64,000 nucleotides of DNA from an uncultured delta proteobacterium (GTDB lineage Bacteria; Desulfobacterota; WTBG01; CAIYCZ01; CAIRTM01), in assembly GCA_963804955.1 (NCBI GenBank), contig CAWDSQ010000024.1:1-64000 (forward strand). The letters run 5' to 3'. The position numbers and the translations under genes were made by a program. Under the pieces are notes generated by a model, which ran no database searches, had not been told where the DNA came from, and worked only from the letters and a program-made list of their open reading frames with translations. Shown piece after piece: positions 54,477-64,000 of this stretch. Every line of letters starts with the position of its first letter. Positions within the stretch are counted from its first letter, which is position 1.

Positions 54477-55106
54477 TTATTGTAATGGACCGGACTTTGT
54501 CCCCCGGTACACCTCTTCAAACAATTCTTCAGGCGTCTGCGCATCGGGCTTGCGCTTCAGCGCTTCCTCAACCATGCGCGCTGCCTCGGAACGGTTATGC
54601 CCAAGCTGCTTCACAAGAACATCGATAACCTGTTTTGAAAAATCTCCCGGCGGCGGAACAAACGGGCGTTCATCCTCACGCATGAGCGCGTATTTGCCGA
54701 CCTTTCCGTTCAGTTCGGAAATCATCATGTCGGCCTTGCGCCGTCCGACTCCTTTGAGCTTCGTGATGGTCTGTACATCGCGGTCTTCGATAGCGCGGGC
54801 AATCACCGGCACAGGCAGGGTGAGAGCACGGGCAGCAGTCGATGGGCCGATATCTTTCACGGTAATGAGATGCTCAAAAAACTCAAGCGCAATTTCGGTG
54901 GTGAAACCGATAAGCACAGGCTTAGGCTGCTGCACAGTCTGATGATATGAGATAAAAAGCTCCACCTCATCCTCGCCTACCCGTTTGCCCATGAACTCCT
55001 GCCAGACAATTTCCGGCAGCAGTATTTCATAGCCAACACCGCCGGTCACAACGACGATATAGCCATCTTCAGCTCTGAACAGTGTACCTTTAATATAGCG
55101 GATCAT
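54477..55106 (-). CDS. ruvA: Holliday junction DNA-binding protein RuvA
   Basis: MIRYIKG..GGVGYEI, IGP..A, KGVGRRKA; located between ruvC and ruvB. Confidence 0.92.
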   Translation of the reverse strand: MIRYIKGTLFRAEDGYIVVVTGGVGYEILLPEIVWQEFMGKRVGEDEVELFISYHQTVQQPKPVLIGFTTEIALEFFEHLITVKDIGPSTAARALTLPVPVIARAIEDRDVQTITKLKGVGRRKADMMISELNGKVGKYALMREDERPFVPPPGDFSKQVIDVLVKQLGHNRSEAARMVEEALKRKPDAQTPEELFEEVYRGTKSGPLQ

Positions 55107-55146
55107 GGTATTATTTTTTATATTTTGGATTGCACTACATTTACTA

Positions 55147-55312
55147 TTGATAAACCCGTAAAAAGTCGCAGTGCGTATCATTGCGAGGAGAGAAGCGACG
55201 TGGCAATCTCGTTTTTTCGCAGGGGCTTAAAATTTTAAGCCCCTACCGGCACGAAGAGATTGCTTCACTTCGTTCGCAATGACAGTTTGTTTGACTTTTT
55301 ACGCAACCATCA
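55147..55312. repeat. MITE-like element with nested REP palindromes
   Basis: TIR TTGAT-N5-CGTAAAAAGTC / GACTTTTTACG-N5-ATCA; inner TCATTGCGA..GCAATCTC / GAGATTGC..TCGCAATGA; core AGGGGCTTAAAATTTTAAGCCCCT. Confidence 0.75.
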
Positions 55313-55315
55313 TTA

Positions 55316-55828
55316 TTACCAGTTAAAATATCCCTTCCGGGATAAAATCATCAGCGCAAGGGCCGCCGCATCGGAGGCATGGTCCGGTTTGATATCTTCC
55401 CGCCTGCCCAGCATGCGCTTCACAGCCTGGCTCACCTGCTCTTTTGAGGCCCTGCCATTGCCCGCAAGGCAGCTCTTCACTTCGGTTGGCCTGATTGTGA
55501 AAACCTCGATGCCGCGCTCCTGCGCCGCAAGATACAGAACGCCGCGGACTTCGCCAAGTTGTACAGCCGCATTCGGAAATTTGTCAAGCACATACACATC
55601 TTCAAGCACCATCACATCAGGCTGCCAGGTATCAATGAGGTCGCAGACGCCCAGATATATTTTCTGCAGCCGCTGCGGCGTACTCTGGCCGGGTGTGGTC
55701 TTAATAGCGCCGTATGAACAAAGCTCCCCGCCCTGCTTGAACGTGCCGATTACGGCAAAGCCGGTTGCGGCCAGGCCGGGGTCAAGGCCCAGTGCCCGAT
55801 GCCTGTATTTTTGAATATCTATGGCCAT
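55316..55828 (-). CDS. ruvC: Crossover junction endodeoxyribonuclease RuvC
   Basis: LGLDPGLA.TG, G.GRASKEQV, DHASDA. Confidence 0.95.
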   Translation of the reverse strand: MAIDIQKYRHRALGLDPGLAATGFAVIGTFKQGGELCSYGAIKTTPGQSTPQRLQKIYLGVCDLIDTWQPDVMVLEDVYVLDKFPNAAVQLGEVRGVLYLAAQERGIEVFTIRPTEVKSCLAGNGRASKEQVSQAVKRMLGRREDIKPDHASDAAALALMILSRKGYFNW

Positions 55829-56030
55829 GGTAAATATAGATTATAAAAGACATATTGTCACAGAGAACAACCCCAATCTAACATATAAGGACATGTTGTC
55901 AAACTATAAAGAATGCCTTGTTTTTTATTGACAGTACAGGTGCTTCTGCTTATAGTTTTCGAACATTTCAGCACAGCTGCAGCTTCAGCTTTTTCTGACC
56001 TGCTATTGAGATGAGAGCTTGAGGATTTCA

Positions 56031-56552
56031 ATGGAGAGAAACGAGCAAACCGGCAGTCGGACCGGCAATGGTTGTTCTGCAGCACATATGCCGGCCTCCC
56101 TGCTGCCTCGCATACTTGCGAAGTATAATACCGAAGAAGTTACGTTTCTGGATGTTGGGCCAACCCAGCATGCTCTGCGAGGAAAGACTCTTTCGGAAAT
56201 ATTCCCTTCCACCCATGATGCTTTTGCCGCCATGTTCAATTCCGGGCGGTCAAATCTGACAACCATCTATTTTCAGCTGAGCGCCGGATATCCGGAGGGA
56301 TTCAAAGTTCGCATGCCGGCATTAAAGCTTACAAAAACATCCTACCAAATAGGACTTCTTGAATATTCAAATCTCAATCCAAAAAATTCGGTTTTCCGCT
56401 CTGACAGCGAAAAGGAGTTTTCAAATTACATTCCGACAACGCTTCAGAAGGTTCATTTTCTGCAGGAAAAATGCGGGCGCATAGACAGCGATGCGTACAG
56501 CCGCGTTATCGACACCATTTACGAATTTCTCTTCTACCTCACCGCTCCCTGA
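56031..56552 (+). CDS. Hypothetical protein
   Basis: Only long ORF in the gap; GAGG RBS before ATG 56031. Confidence 0.5.
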   Translation: MERNEQTGSRTGNGCSAAHMPASLLPRILAKYNTEEVTFLDVGPTQHALRGKTLSEIFPSTHDAFAAMFNSGRSNLTTIYFQLSAGYPEGFKVRMPALKLTKTSYQIGLLEYSNLNPKNSVFRSDSEKEFSNYIPTTLQKVHFLQEKCGRIDSDAYSRVIDTIYEFLFYLTAP

Positions 56553-56664
56553 CCTGAGGCGTATTAAAAACGTATTCTATCGGGTGGGGAAGGAACTACC
56601 TAAGTGCGAACAGAACTACATGCCAAATACTGCAGATAGTTTTTTCAACTGATACTCTGGTATT

Positions 56665-56715
56665 AAAAAAAAGAGTAAAGGCCCGATGCTCAATGCATCG
56701 GGCCTTTACTCTTTA
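56665..56715. terminator. Bidirectional terminator between convergent genes
   Basis: AAAGAGTAAAGGCCCGATGC-TCAAT-GCATCGGGCCTTTACTCTTT. Confidence 0.85.
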
Positions 56716-56747
56716 AAAATCATTCTGGCTGTGTTCGGAACCGGGGT

Positions 56748-57575
56748 TTATTTTACCTCAATCGGCCCGCACTGGGTCTCGTTTGTATCACCGAAAGTAA
56801 CGGAGACCTTAAAATCTCCGGCTGTAAGATGGGCGGGCCAAATACGAACATAACCAAAGATCAGCTTCTCACCCAGCCGGATCTTGACTATATCATCAAT
56901 GCCTTCGCTTTCCCAAAAAATACAGATGGGGTTTGAAAAAGAAATACTGCTGTTCCTGTCGGCCCTGATTGTAAAAAACTGAATCGGCGAGAAAATAAGA
57001 GTTCTCAGCACGCTGAATGTTTTAGGCCGTACTGTCAGTGTACAGTCGATCTCACAATTATCAAAAGTGGTATTGTCGGTGTCATCGCAATCAGGTCCTG
57101 CAGTGCAGTTGTCGCCGTAGCCATCGCCGTCGATATCCACACAGCATGCTGCATGCGTGGTGTTGTCTGTGTCGTCGCAATCAGGTCCTGCAGGGCAGTT
57201 CACACCGTAGGTATCGTTGTCGGCATCAATACATTCGGCTGGCGCACAGGTTGAGTGACAGGTTATGCAAGTAGGTGTCGTAGCAGCAGCATGAGATGGC
57301 AGATTTACCAGGTTGCATGCGCCCGGATCGCTGGCGGGATGGCAACCGGCGCATTTATCTGAAGTTACATTTTTACCGGGGACTGAACCCGGATGGCATG
57401 CGCCGCAACTGCCCGTTACACTACCGTGGGTTGTGTGAAGGCCAGCACCTGCCGTGAAATTATGGCAGGGCATGCACGTACCTGTTGTCACATTTTCATA
57501 AGCATAACCCTGCTGCGCACCGAGTAGAAACAGCGCCGCAAGTACGAGTACTCCGGTGATTAGCAATTTTTTCAT
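56748..57575 (-). CDS. Secreted tetraheme cytochrome c with Asp-rich C.D.D.D.YG..C..GPDCDD repeats
   Basis: AGGAGG RBS, signal peptide; CMPCH, CGACH, CAGCH, CITCH; two repeats; beta-rich C-terminal domain. Confidence 0.85.
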   Translation of the reverse strand: MKKLLITGVLVLAALFLLGAQQGYAYENVTTGTCMPCHNFTAGAGLHTTHGSVTGSCGACHPGSVPGKNVTSDKCAGCHPASDPGACNLVNLPSHAAATTPTCITCHSTCAPAECIDADNDTYGVNCPAGPDCDDTDNTTHAACCVDIDGDGYGDNCTAGPDCDDTDNTTFDNCEIDCTLTVRPKTFSVLRTLIFSPIQFFTIRADRNSSISFSNPICIFWESEGIDDIVKIRLGEKLIFGYVRIWPAHLTAGDFKVSVTFGDTNETQCGPIEVK

Positions 57576-57662
57576 ATATTTCCTCCTGTTTGATTTAATT
57601 ATCTTAACGTAAATATGCAGTGGCGTACATTTTCTGTACGCCACTGCTTACCAGGCGAGGCC

Positions 57663-59869
57663 TTAATGATTAAGATACACATTCAGATTATCGATTGATT
57701 TTTGGAGAACCGCCTCTCATATAGTTTCCGTTGTGGGCAAATCCACCCGGATCCTTCAGGCTCACAAGGAAGTTGTAGCATGCCCGTGCAAGCCGCGGGG
57801 TAAGGGACTTGTACTGGTTGTCGCTGGTAAGGTCGTTCTGCCGCTATCCGTGCAGTTCGATGATCATCTTTGAACCAGTACGGATAGGCGACATCATCAA
57901 AAACGATGCAGGCCTTGGCCTTGGTGTTGCCGCCGGCGTCAACAGTCGTATTGTCGGCTGCATAGAACTGAATTGCCGCAAGAAGCTCAGTCTCAAGCGC
58001 AGGAATTGCTGTATTCATCTGCGTTTCGACATCTGCAACAGATGAGAAGTTATGGCAGGGCTGGCAGCTTGAGCCGGTTTTGACCTCAGTCGAATGCTGG
58101 TTATGGCATGATCATGCAGTCTGTGCCGGCCGGATGGGTGGAATCGACATCAATAGTCAGATCACCATAATCATAGCCGATCCGCGACTTGCTTGCCTTA
58201 GAGGCTGCAAAGGCTGCCGCGGTAATGCGGATTGGTTAATCCGATTTTTGAGGATATTTTGTCGACCGTGGTGGCATTATCCCCTGCGGGATAGGCTTTT
58301 TTAATCTGCGTATCGACGTTTGCCTGCCATGCGCGGCCCTGATGGCACTGGCCGCAGATAACAGAAGCAGCACCCGGATTGGCAACCGTCTGGCCGGAGG
58401 CTTCGAACTTCACTGAATCCAGTGCAGCCTGCATCTGCGGAATGGCATGCATAGCAGGTAATGCCGATATTGTTTACAGCAAGAGGAGGCTGGGCAATGG
58501 TCCGATTACCCGTGCGACAAAATTCATTAAATCCGACTGTCGAATGGCAGCTTGCGCAGTTGGCCTGTACGGTGGCATCAGGATTTGAAGCATTGTCCCA
58601 GTCTCTGAATGCCAGGGAGTTGTAATCGGCATGGCCTGAAAGCTCCCATTCCGCCGTAGCCTCCTGAGCGTCAGTAATCGGATAAGCCTTATACGACCGT
58701 ATATCATTGATCGAGGCATCTAAAAACGCCGCGGCGTAGCTGCTGTTGTGAGCGAAGATGCCCGGGTCTTTCACATAGACTAAATAGTTATAGCATGCCC
58801 TTAAAAGGCGGGGTGTGAATTTGTTGTAGGTGTTATCGCCGGTGTCTCGAACACCATTGCAGTTGTTGTCTAAATACCAGCCCGACGAACCTGATTGTAC
58901 TATGCAGGCCTTCTCCTTGGTATTGTTGTCAGCGTCTTCGGTCGTGTTGTCGGCAGCATATTGTCTAATGACGCTGTAGAGCTGGGCTTTTTTTGCATCA
59001 AGCACATCTGCATTTCCCCACGCACGCACATCTTCAAGACTTTCAAAGCTGGGATGACAGGTATTGCACCGTGCATCAAGTCTGAACTCTGTTGAATGCT
59101 GATCATGGCAGACCATGCAATCCGTGCCGCCCGGATGGGACAGGTCGGCAGCGATCGGCAAATCATAATCAACAGCGATAAGAGACTTACTGGCTTTGAT
59201 GGCTGCAAAGGATGCCACATAATGCGGATTGGTCGAGGTCAGGCTTGCAGTCTGTTTGTCGACCGTGCTTTCATTATCACCACCCGGATAGGCTGCCAGG
59301 ATTTTGTCTTCAACATCACCCTTCCAGGCGCGGCCCTGATGGCACTGTCCGCACAGGACAGAAGACTCACCGGGATAGTCAACCCTTTGGCCGGATTCAT
59401 AAAACAATACCGAAGTCTTGTTATAAGCTCTGTCGGAATGGCAGGCATCGCAGGTTATGCCGACATTGTTCACAGCAAGCGGAGGATTCGCGATGGATCG
59501 GTTTTCAGTAAGCAGGAATTCATAAAAGCCTGCTGTTGAATGGCAGCTTGCGCAGTTTGATGAGACTGTTGCACTGGGATCTGAAGGATCGTCCCAGTCT
59601 CTGAAGGCTTCAGAAGAATTATCAGCATGACCGGATTTCGACCATTCGGCTGTCGCCTCCTCCGCAGCAGTCATCGTCGTTGTCGTGGTCGGTATCGTCG
59701 TGGTTTCCGGGGTTGTCGTTGTTACCGGGGTCGTTGTTGTTGCCGGGGTAGAAGTCGTCGTCGTGGTGCAGGGCGTTGGCGGCTTCCAGGGTTTGCATGC
59801 GCCGCCCGTAAAGGCAAGCAGCATAAGCACAAGGCAGATACTCAACAACTGAATACTTTGTTTTTTCAT
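57663..59869 (-). CDS. Multiheme cytochrome c lipoprotein with a Thr-rich stalk and two homologous 5-heme domains (second one frameshifted)
   Basis: GGAC lipobox-like; TTTTP tract; W..SGHAD..S.AFRDWD...CASCHS, C.ACH, CGQCHQGR and NPHY each occur twice. Confidence 0.85.
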
Positions 59870-60547
59870 CCTCCTGTCCTCCTTTTGTGTTTGGTTACAC
59901 TGATGCATAAATATAAAATGATAAATAAAAAAAGTGGCCAGTCTACAAACTTAGCATATTTTGTTTCTCTAACAACATTTTTTTTGAACTATTTTTTTTT
60001 ACTATTTTCTACTCTCCCGCATCCGCCTCATTAGAGTCTGTTTCTTAAAATTTGACACACTTTATTTGTTACTTTCGCCGTTGCAGCATACCACTTCAAA
60101 AACAGAGCTGGAATTTGCTCTTACAAACAACCATTGCTCTGGCGCGGTCTCCCCCCTGCCTATGTTTTATATAAAGTATCTATCACGCATAGTTATTTTA
60201 TTGAGCAAAAAACATTTGAAATAAAGGTCTTAAAAAAATAGTACATACCACTAGATAGAGTATTCCTTTTGTCTCTTATGCACTTGCTACCTGGTTTAGT
60301 ATCTCTTCAAACAATTGTTTTTTCAATAGGTGGAAAACACCTGTTTTGTATTTTTTTTTGCTTAAAAATACTTAGTTACTCAATTGTTTATCCGTATAAA
60401 GTACGTAGGAATTAACAACCACCCAGTATCTCGATCTTCTTCCATTTTCACAGTTGGCATAAGTATATCCTGTAATGGTTTACCCTTTAAGAAGGCTTTT
60501 TTTACATCTCACTCGCCATGTTAGTGCCTGAACAAAAGTCGTTTTTT

Positions 60548-60603
60548 GCAGGTTGGGTTAAGCCCGAAAGAACCGTTGGTTTTCGTACCTCAACCCAACC
60601 TGC
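60548..60603. repeat. REP doublet (GCAGGTTGGGTT family)
   Basis: GCAGGTTGGGTT...AACCCAACCTGC. Confidence 0.65.
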
Positions 60604-61120
60604 GCGAAAACAAATGCTTACGAAAAAGTACTGTAATAAGGGCGAGCCCAAAACTTGTATGGTTCCGGGTTTTCGTTCAGACACTATGTTACCTGCATTG
60701 CATAACTTGGACCATCCTCGCAGCGGATGGTTTATATAAAACAATAATTATAAGTACATAATGCATGGGATCAGGTTAATCTTTGCACCCCTTTTGACGG
60801 GTACGAGTAATGGGCTGCGCCAGGCTTATATAAAAATGCCTTAACGGATACATGGCAGCAGCAAGACCGATCAGGGTAACTGATAGCAGGACATAATATT
60901 CGTGAGAAATACGCAGCGATGGGAGGGCAGAACCCGCCAGCAAAAAAACAAATGCTGCCGACGTTTTTTTAATAATATGCTGCGGAATTTTTTTATTTCA
61001 CCAGCTTGAAAAAAGCTTCAAAATTTAGAATATTATGTTATAAACTAAAACCATTTAATTGATAGATTTATTGACTAACTGAGTTTACCTGCTGCTGTAT
61101 AAGAGCAGACACCTGCGAGG

Positions 61121-62113
61121 ATGGTGTTTTGCATGTTCCGGAGACGCAACTTTTTTATTTTGTTTATTGTCATAGGGGTAATTGCCGGCATGTATACAAC
61201 CATGGAAATTCTCGGGCAGAATTTTTTAAATAAAATGTATACGCCCACAAAATGGGTGAATCTGGATAAGGATTACAGGGGGGGAATTCAAAAGAAAGCA
61301 GTGGTTCCTGAATCCACCGCCCCCAGGCTGCGCATAGCCATGGCTCCCATAATGTCACCTGAAAAAAATATTCCCCTCTATAAAAATTTCTTTAAGTACC
61401 TGGGGGAGCGACTCGGCATGGAGCCGGTCGTGATCCACCGCTCGAGCTATGCTGAAATAAATGACCTGCTGCAGTACGATAACTGTGACATCGGCTTTAT
61501 CTGCAGCTATCCGTTTGTGCTCGGAGAGCGGTCCTATGGCCTCCAGCTGCTGGCTATTCCGCGCATTAAGGGCAAAATAACCTATCAGTCACTCATCATC
61601 GTACCCGCTACCAGCAGCGCGGCATCGCTTCTCGACCTGCGCGGTAAGCGCTTTGCTTCCTGCGATATTATTTCGCTATCCGGCTGGGTATATCCTGCGC
61701 TGTGGCTGCAGGAACGCGGGGAAAACCCGAAAAAATTCTTCGGCGAGCAGGTCATCACCGGCAGTCACGACCGGGCTATCCAGGCTGTAGCATTAAATTT
61801 TGTCGACGGCGCAGCTGTTCAAAGCCTTGTTTACGAGCGCATGATCGAGGAAGCGGCGGGCCTTGCGGATAAAATAAAAGTTATCGGGAAATCATCTGAA
61901 TTCGGCATGCCCCCCCTGGTGGTAAACCCCAAGCTGGATCCGTCTCTCAGGGAGCGGATACGGAAGCTTTTGGTCACGATGGATGAAAAGCCTGAGGGGG
62001 AGCAAATCCTTGCCGCCATGGGGATAGACCGCTTTGAAAAGCCTGACGATTATCTGGATAAAATTCTTTATAACGATGTGCGAAAGTGCGCGGACGTATG
62101 GAATCCCAGATAG
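61121..62113 (+). CDS. PhnD-family periplasmic binding protein, AioX/ArrX-like sensor
   Basis: YAEINDLL, FICSYPF, YQSLIIVP, SLSG, GSHD.AI.AV, VDGAAV, PPLV; no ABC permease or ATPase adjacent. Confidence 0.8.
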   Translation: MVFCMFRRRNFFILFIVIGVIAGMYTTMEILGQNFLNKMYTPTKWVNLDKDYRGGIQKKAVVPESTAPRLRIAMAPIMSPEKNIPLYKNFFKYLGERLGMEPVVIHRSSYAEINDLLQYDNCDIGFICSYPFVLGERSYGLQLLAIPRIKGKITYQSLIIVPATSSAASLLDLRGKRFASCDIISLSGWVYPALWLQERGENPKKFFGEQVITGSHDRAIQAVALNFVDGAAVQSLVYERMIEEAAGLADKIKVIGKSSEFGMPPLVVNPKLDPSLRERIRKLLVTMDEKPEGEQILAAMGIDRFEKPDDYLDKILYNDVRKCADVWNPR

Positions 62114-63558
62114 TCATTTATTGTCGGCGCTTGTACAAAGCATGCTGCCGCCTGTTCAACAGCTTTGTTTCCGTTCCGATTTTTATAAAAATCCTGGGGG
62201 CGGGGATGCTGGTCGTGCTGATCTTTGGATCCATCGTGCTCTACAGAAGCCGCACCAGCATGGCGCAGACGCTCTATACTGAGCTTGAAGACCAGACGCG
62301 CAACCTGGCGGTGCTGATGGCTCTGAATTTAGAGCGGTCAATGGCTATTAAAGATTATTTAAACGCAAAAATATTTCTTGATGCCGCTCAGCAGGCTAAT
62401 CCGAATATCGAATATATTATCGTCGAAGACCAGATGAGCCGCATAGTCGCCCATACGTTTGAGGGGGCTGTTCCGGCTGATCTGGTAAGGCTGTATCCCC
62501 AGGTGAAAGCGACGGATAAAAATGTTTCTGTTGAAGTATTAGGAGCTCCCCGGGGCTTTATCATAGAAGCAGCGATGCCCTTCACCCATAACGCACTCGG
62601 ACGCGTCAGGATAGGGCAGAGCGACCGGTACATTAGACAGCGCATCCTTGCCCTGAACAGGCTGCTGCTGTTTTCAACGATACTGTGCGCAATGCTCGGG
62701 TTTTTCCTGGCGGCCATATTGACCTACCTGATAACCAGGCCGGTAAAAAATCTTCTGGCAGCGACCAACCGGATCAGCAATGGCGACTTTTCCTCACGGG
62801 CGCGTGTTTTCTGGAATGATGAAATAGGCAGATTCGCCACGGCATTCAATCACATGGCTGAAAACCTGCAGGAGTTTCGCCGGCAGGTTGAAGAAAAGGA
62901 GGCCAACAGGCAGTCTCTGCTTGAAAAGCTCATCATCACCCAGGAGCTGGAGCGCCGGCGGATTTCGCAGGACCTTCACGACCAGCTCGGGCAATCCCTG
63001 TCGGTGCTGCTGCTGGAAGCCAGGTCCATGGATGACAAAGGCCGCATCTGTTGCGAAAAGCACAAAATTATCGAACAGCGGATAGCCGAACTGATAGATG
63101 AAGTTCGCCAGATCGCCTGGACCATGCACCCCTCGATTCTTGATGATTACGGCCTTGACCAGGCTCTTGAGCGCTATATTGCCATCATCGCGAAATCAAC
63201 CAGAATTAATATAGACTATCAGAGCCTCTGTCATCCGGGCCTTGAGCGCCTTCCCTACAGGACCGAGGTCGCCCTCTACCGCATCGCCCAGGAGGCCATC
63301 ACCAATATCGTGCGTCACGCAAAAACAGATCAGGCCAGCGTGGTCTTTATGAGAAACGAGAGCGAGGCTGTTCTGCTGATTGAGGATAACGGACAGGGGT
63401 TTGATTGCACGGCTCTTCCCCGGGAAGACTCCATCCACATGGGGCTTACCGGGATGTGTGAGCGGGCGTCAATGCTTGGAGGTACATTGACCCTGGAGTC
63501 CGCGCCCGGCCAGGGAACCACCGTACGCGTAAAATTTCATCAAGAGGTCCGGTTATGA
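62086..63558 (+). CDS. Membrane sensor histidine kinase (HAMP, HisKA_3, HATPase)
   Basis: Two TM helices; DEIG...FN.M; QE.ERRRISQDLHD; YRIAQEAITN; DNGQGF; GLTGM.ER. Confidence 0.93.
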   Translation: MRGRMESQIVIYCRRLYKACCRLFNSFVSVPIFIKILGAGMLVVLIFGSIVLYRSRTSMAQTLYTELEDQTRNLAVLMALNLERSMAIKDYLNAKIFLDAAQQANPNIEYIIVEDQMSRIVAHTFEGAVPADLVRLYPQVKATDKNVSVEVLGAPRGFIIEAAMPFTHNALGRVRIGQSDRYIRQRILALNRLLLFSTILCAMLGFFLAAILTYLITRPVKNLLAATNRISNGDFSSRARVFWNDEIGRFATAFNHMAENLQEFRRQVEEKEANRQSLLEKLIITQELERRRISQDLHDQLGQSLSVLLLEARSMDDKGRICCEKHKIIEQRIAELIDEVRQIAWTMHPSILDDYGLDQALERYIAIIAKSTRINIDYQSLCHPGLERLPYRTEVALYRIAQEAITNIVRHAKTDQASVVFMRNESEAVLLIEDNGQGFDCTALPREDSIHMGLTGMCERASMLGGTLTLESAPGQGTTVRVKFHQEVRL

Positions 63559-64000
63559 GCATTAAGCTAATGATTGCCGATGATCATGCTGTTTTTCGAA
63601 GCGGGCTGCGCGCTCTGCTCGAAAAAGAAAAAGGGTTTCAGGTCGTCGCTGAAGCAGGTGATGGCAATGAAACGGTAAAGAAGGCGTGCAGGGAAGATAT
63701 TGACGTGCTCATCCTTGATATAAATATGCCGGGAATGACCGGGCCCATGATCGCCGAAGAAGTCCTGAAAAAAAAGCCCCGGCTGTCGATAGTAATTTTA
63801 ACGATGCATGATGAGGAGTATTACCTGCAGGAGCTTTTTAAAATAGGCGTGCGCGGCTTTGTGCTTAAAAAATCAACCGGCACTGACCTGCTGCAGGCAA
63901 TCCATGCCGCCGTGCGCGGCGAGCAGTACATTGATCCCTCCCTGACCAGGTGCGTGCTTTCCCGCTATATAGGCTCCCCGGACACGAAAGCGCCCGGCCA
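63555..64000 (+). CDS. NarL/LuxR-family response regulator (runs off window end)
   Basis: Manual translation MSIKLMIADDHAVFRSGLRALL...LILDINMPGMTG...LTMHDEEYY; ATGA overlap with the kinase gene. Confidence 0.9.
   Translation, partial: MSIKLMIADDHAVFRSGLRALLEKEKGFQVVAEAGDGNETVKKACREDIDVLILDINMPGMTGPMIAEEVLKKKPRLSIVILTMHDEEYYLQELFKIGVRGFVLKKSTGTDLLQAIHAAVRGEQYIDPSLTRCVLSRYIGSPDTKAPG

Noticed and set aside
50623..59869. OmcS/OmcZ nanowire assignment
   Set aside because: Heme counts alone are insufficient, and I do not recognise the family-specific sequence
60910..60970. Fluoride-riboswitch-like GCGATGG segment
   Set aside because: No GTTCGCC pairing or GCT.ATGAC element, and no crcB-type gene follows
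59900..61100. Second GEMM riboswitch upstream of the cytochrome genes
   Set aside because: Only an isolated GCAAAG on the minus strand near 60785, without a P2 GNRA hairpin
61121..62113. Phosphonate ABC transporter
   Set aside because: No phnC or phnE; the gene overlaps a sensor kinase

Overview
Chromosomal segment from an anaerobic Gram-negative bacterium; gene content suggests Desulfobacterota/Deltaproteobacteria (inference). Many genes, including essential ones (coaBC, miaA, pgsA, hflX), carry 1-2 nt indels, so most frameshifts are probably sequencing or assembly errors. From left to right: (1) the 5' part of valS; (2) a sigma70 promoter, a GEMM-I riboswitch with the A20/C92 signature of c-AMP-GMP-sensing variants, a terminator and a stand-alone receiver-domain gene; (3) a BspA-LRR/thrombospondin-3 surface protein; (4) a rex-hfsA-hydS-phosphatase-hydCBA operon (sensory group C plus electron-bifurcating group A3 [FeFe]-hydrogenase) preceded by three overlapping TCGATAA-N4-TTATCGA boxes; (5) tpx, then an eroded integrase-less array of gene cassettes with attC remnants and REP-like repeats; (6) housekeeping genes (yaiI, yceH, udg, coaBC, pgsA, hflX, miaA, rodZ) and two PilZ genes; (7) a DUF169-DUF169-ferredoxin unit; (8) a ~17 kb minus-strand multiheme cytochrome operon with about 79 c-heme motifs by manual count, encoding two paralogous quinone-interacting cytochrome b/c modules, periplasmic multihemes, an MtrA/DmsE-type decaheme and an outer-membrane beta-barrel with its own CXXCH; (9) ruvCAB; (10) two more secreted multiheme cytochromes; (11) an AioX-like periplasmic sensor, a histidine kinase and a NarL-type regulator. 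No rRNA, tRNA, CRISPR array, transposase or integrase was recognised.
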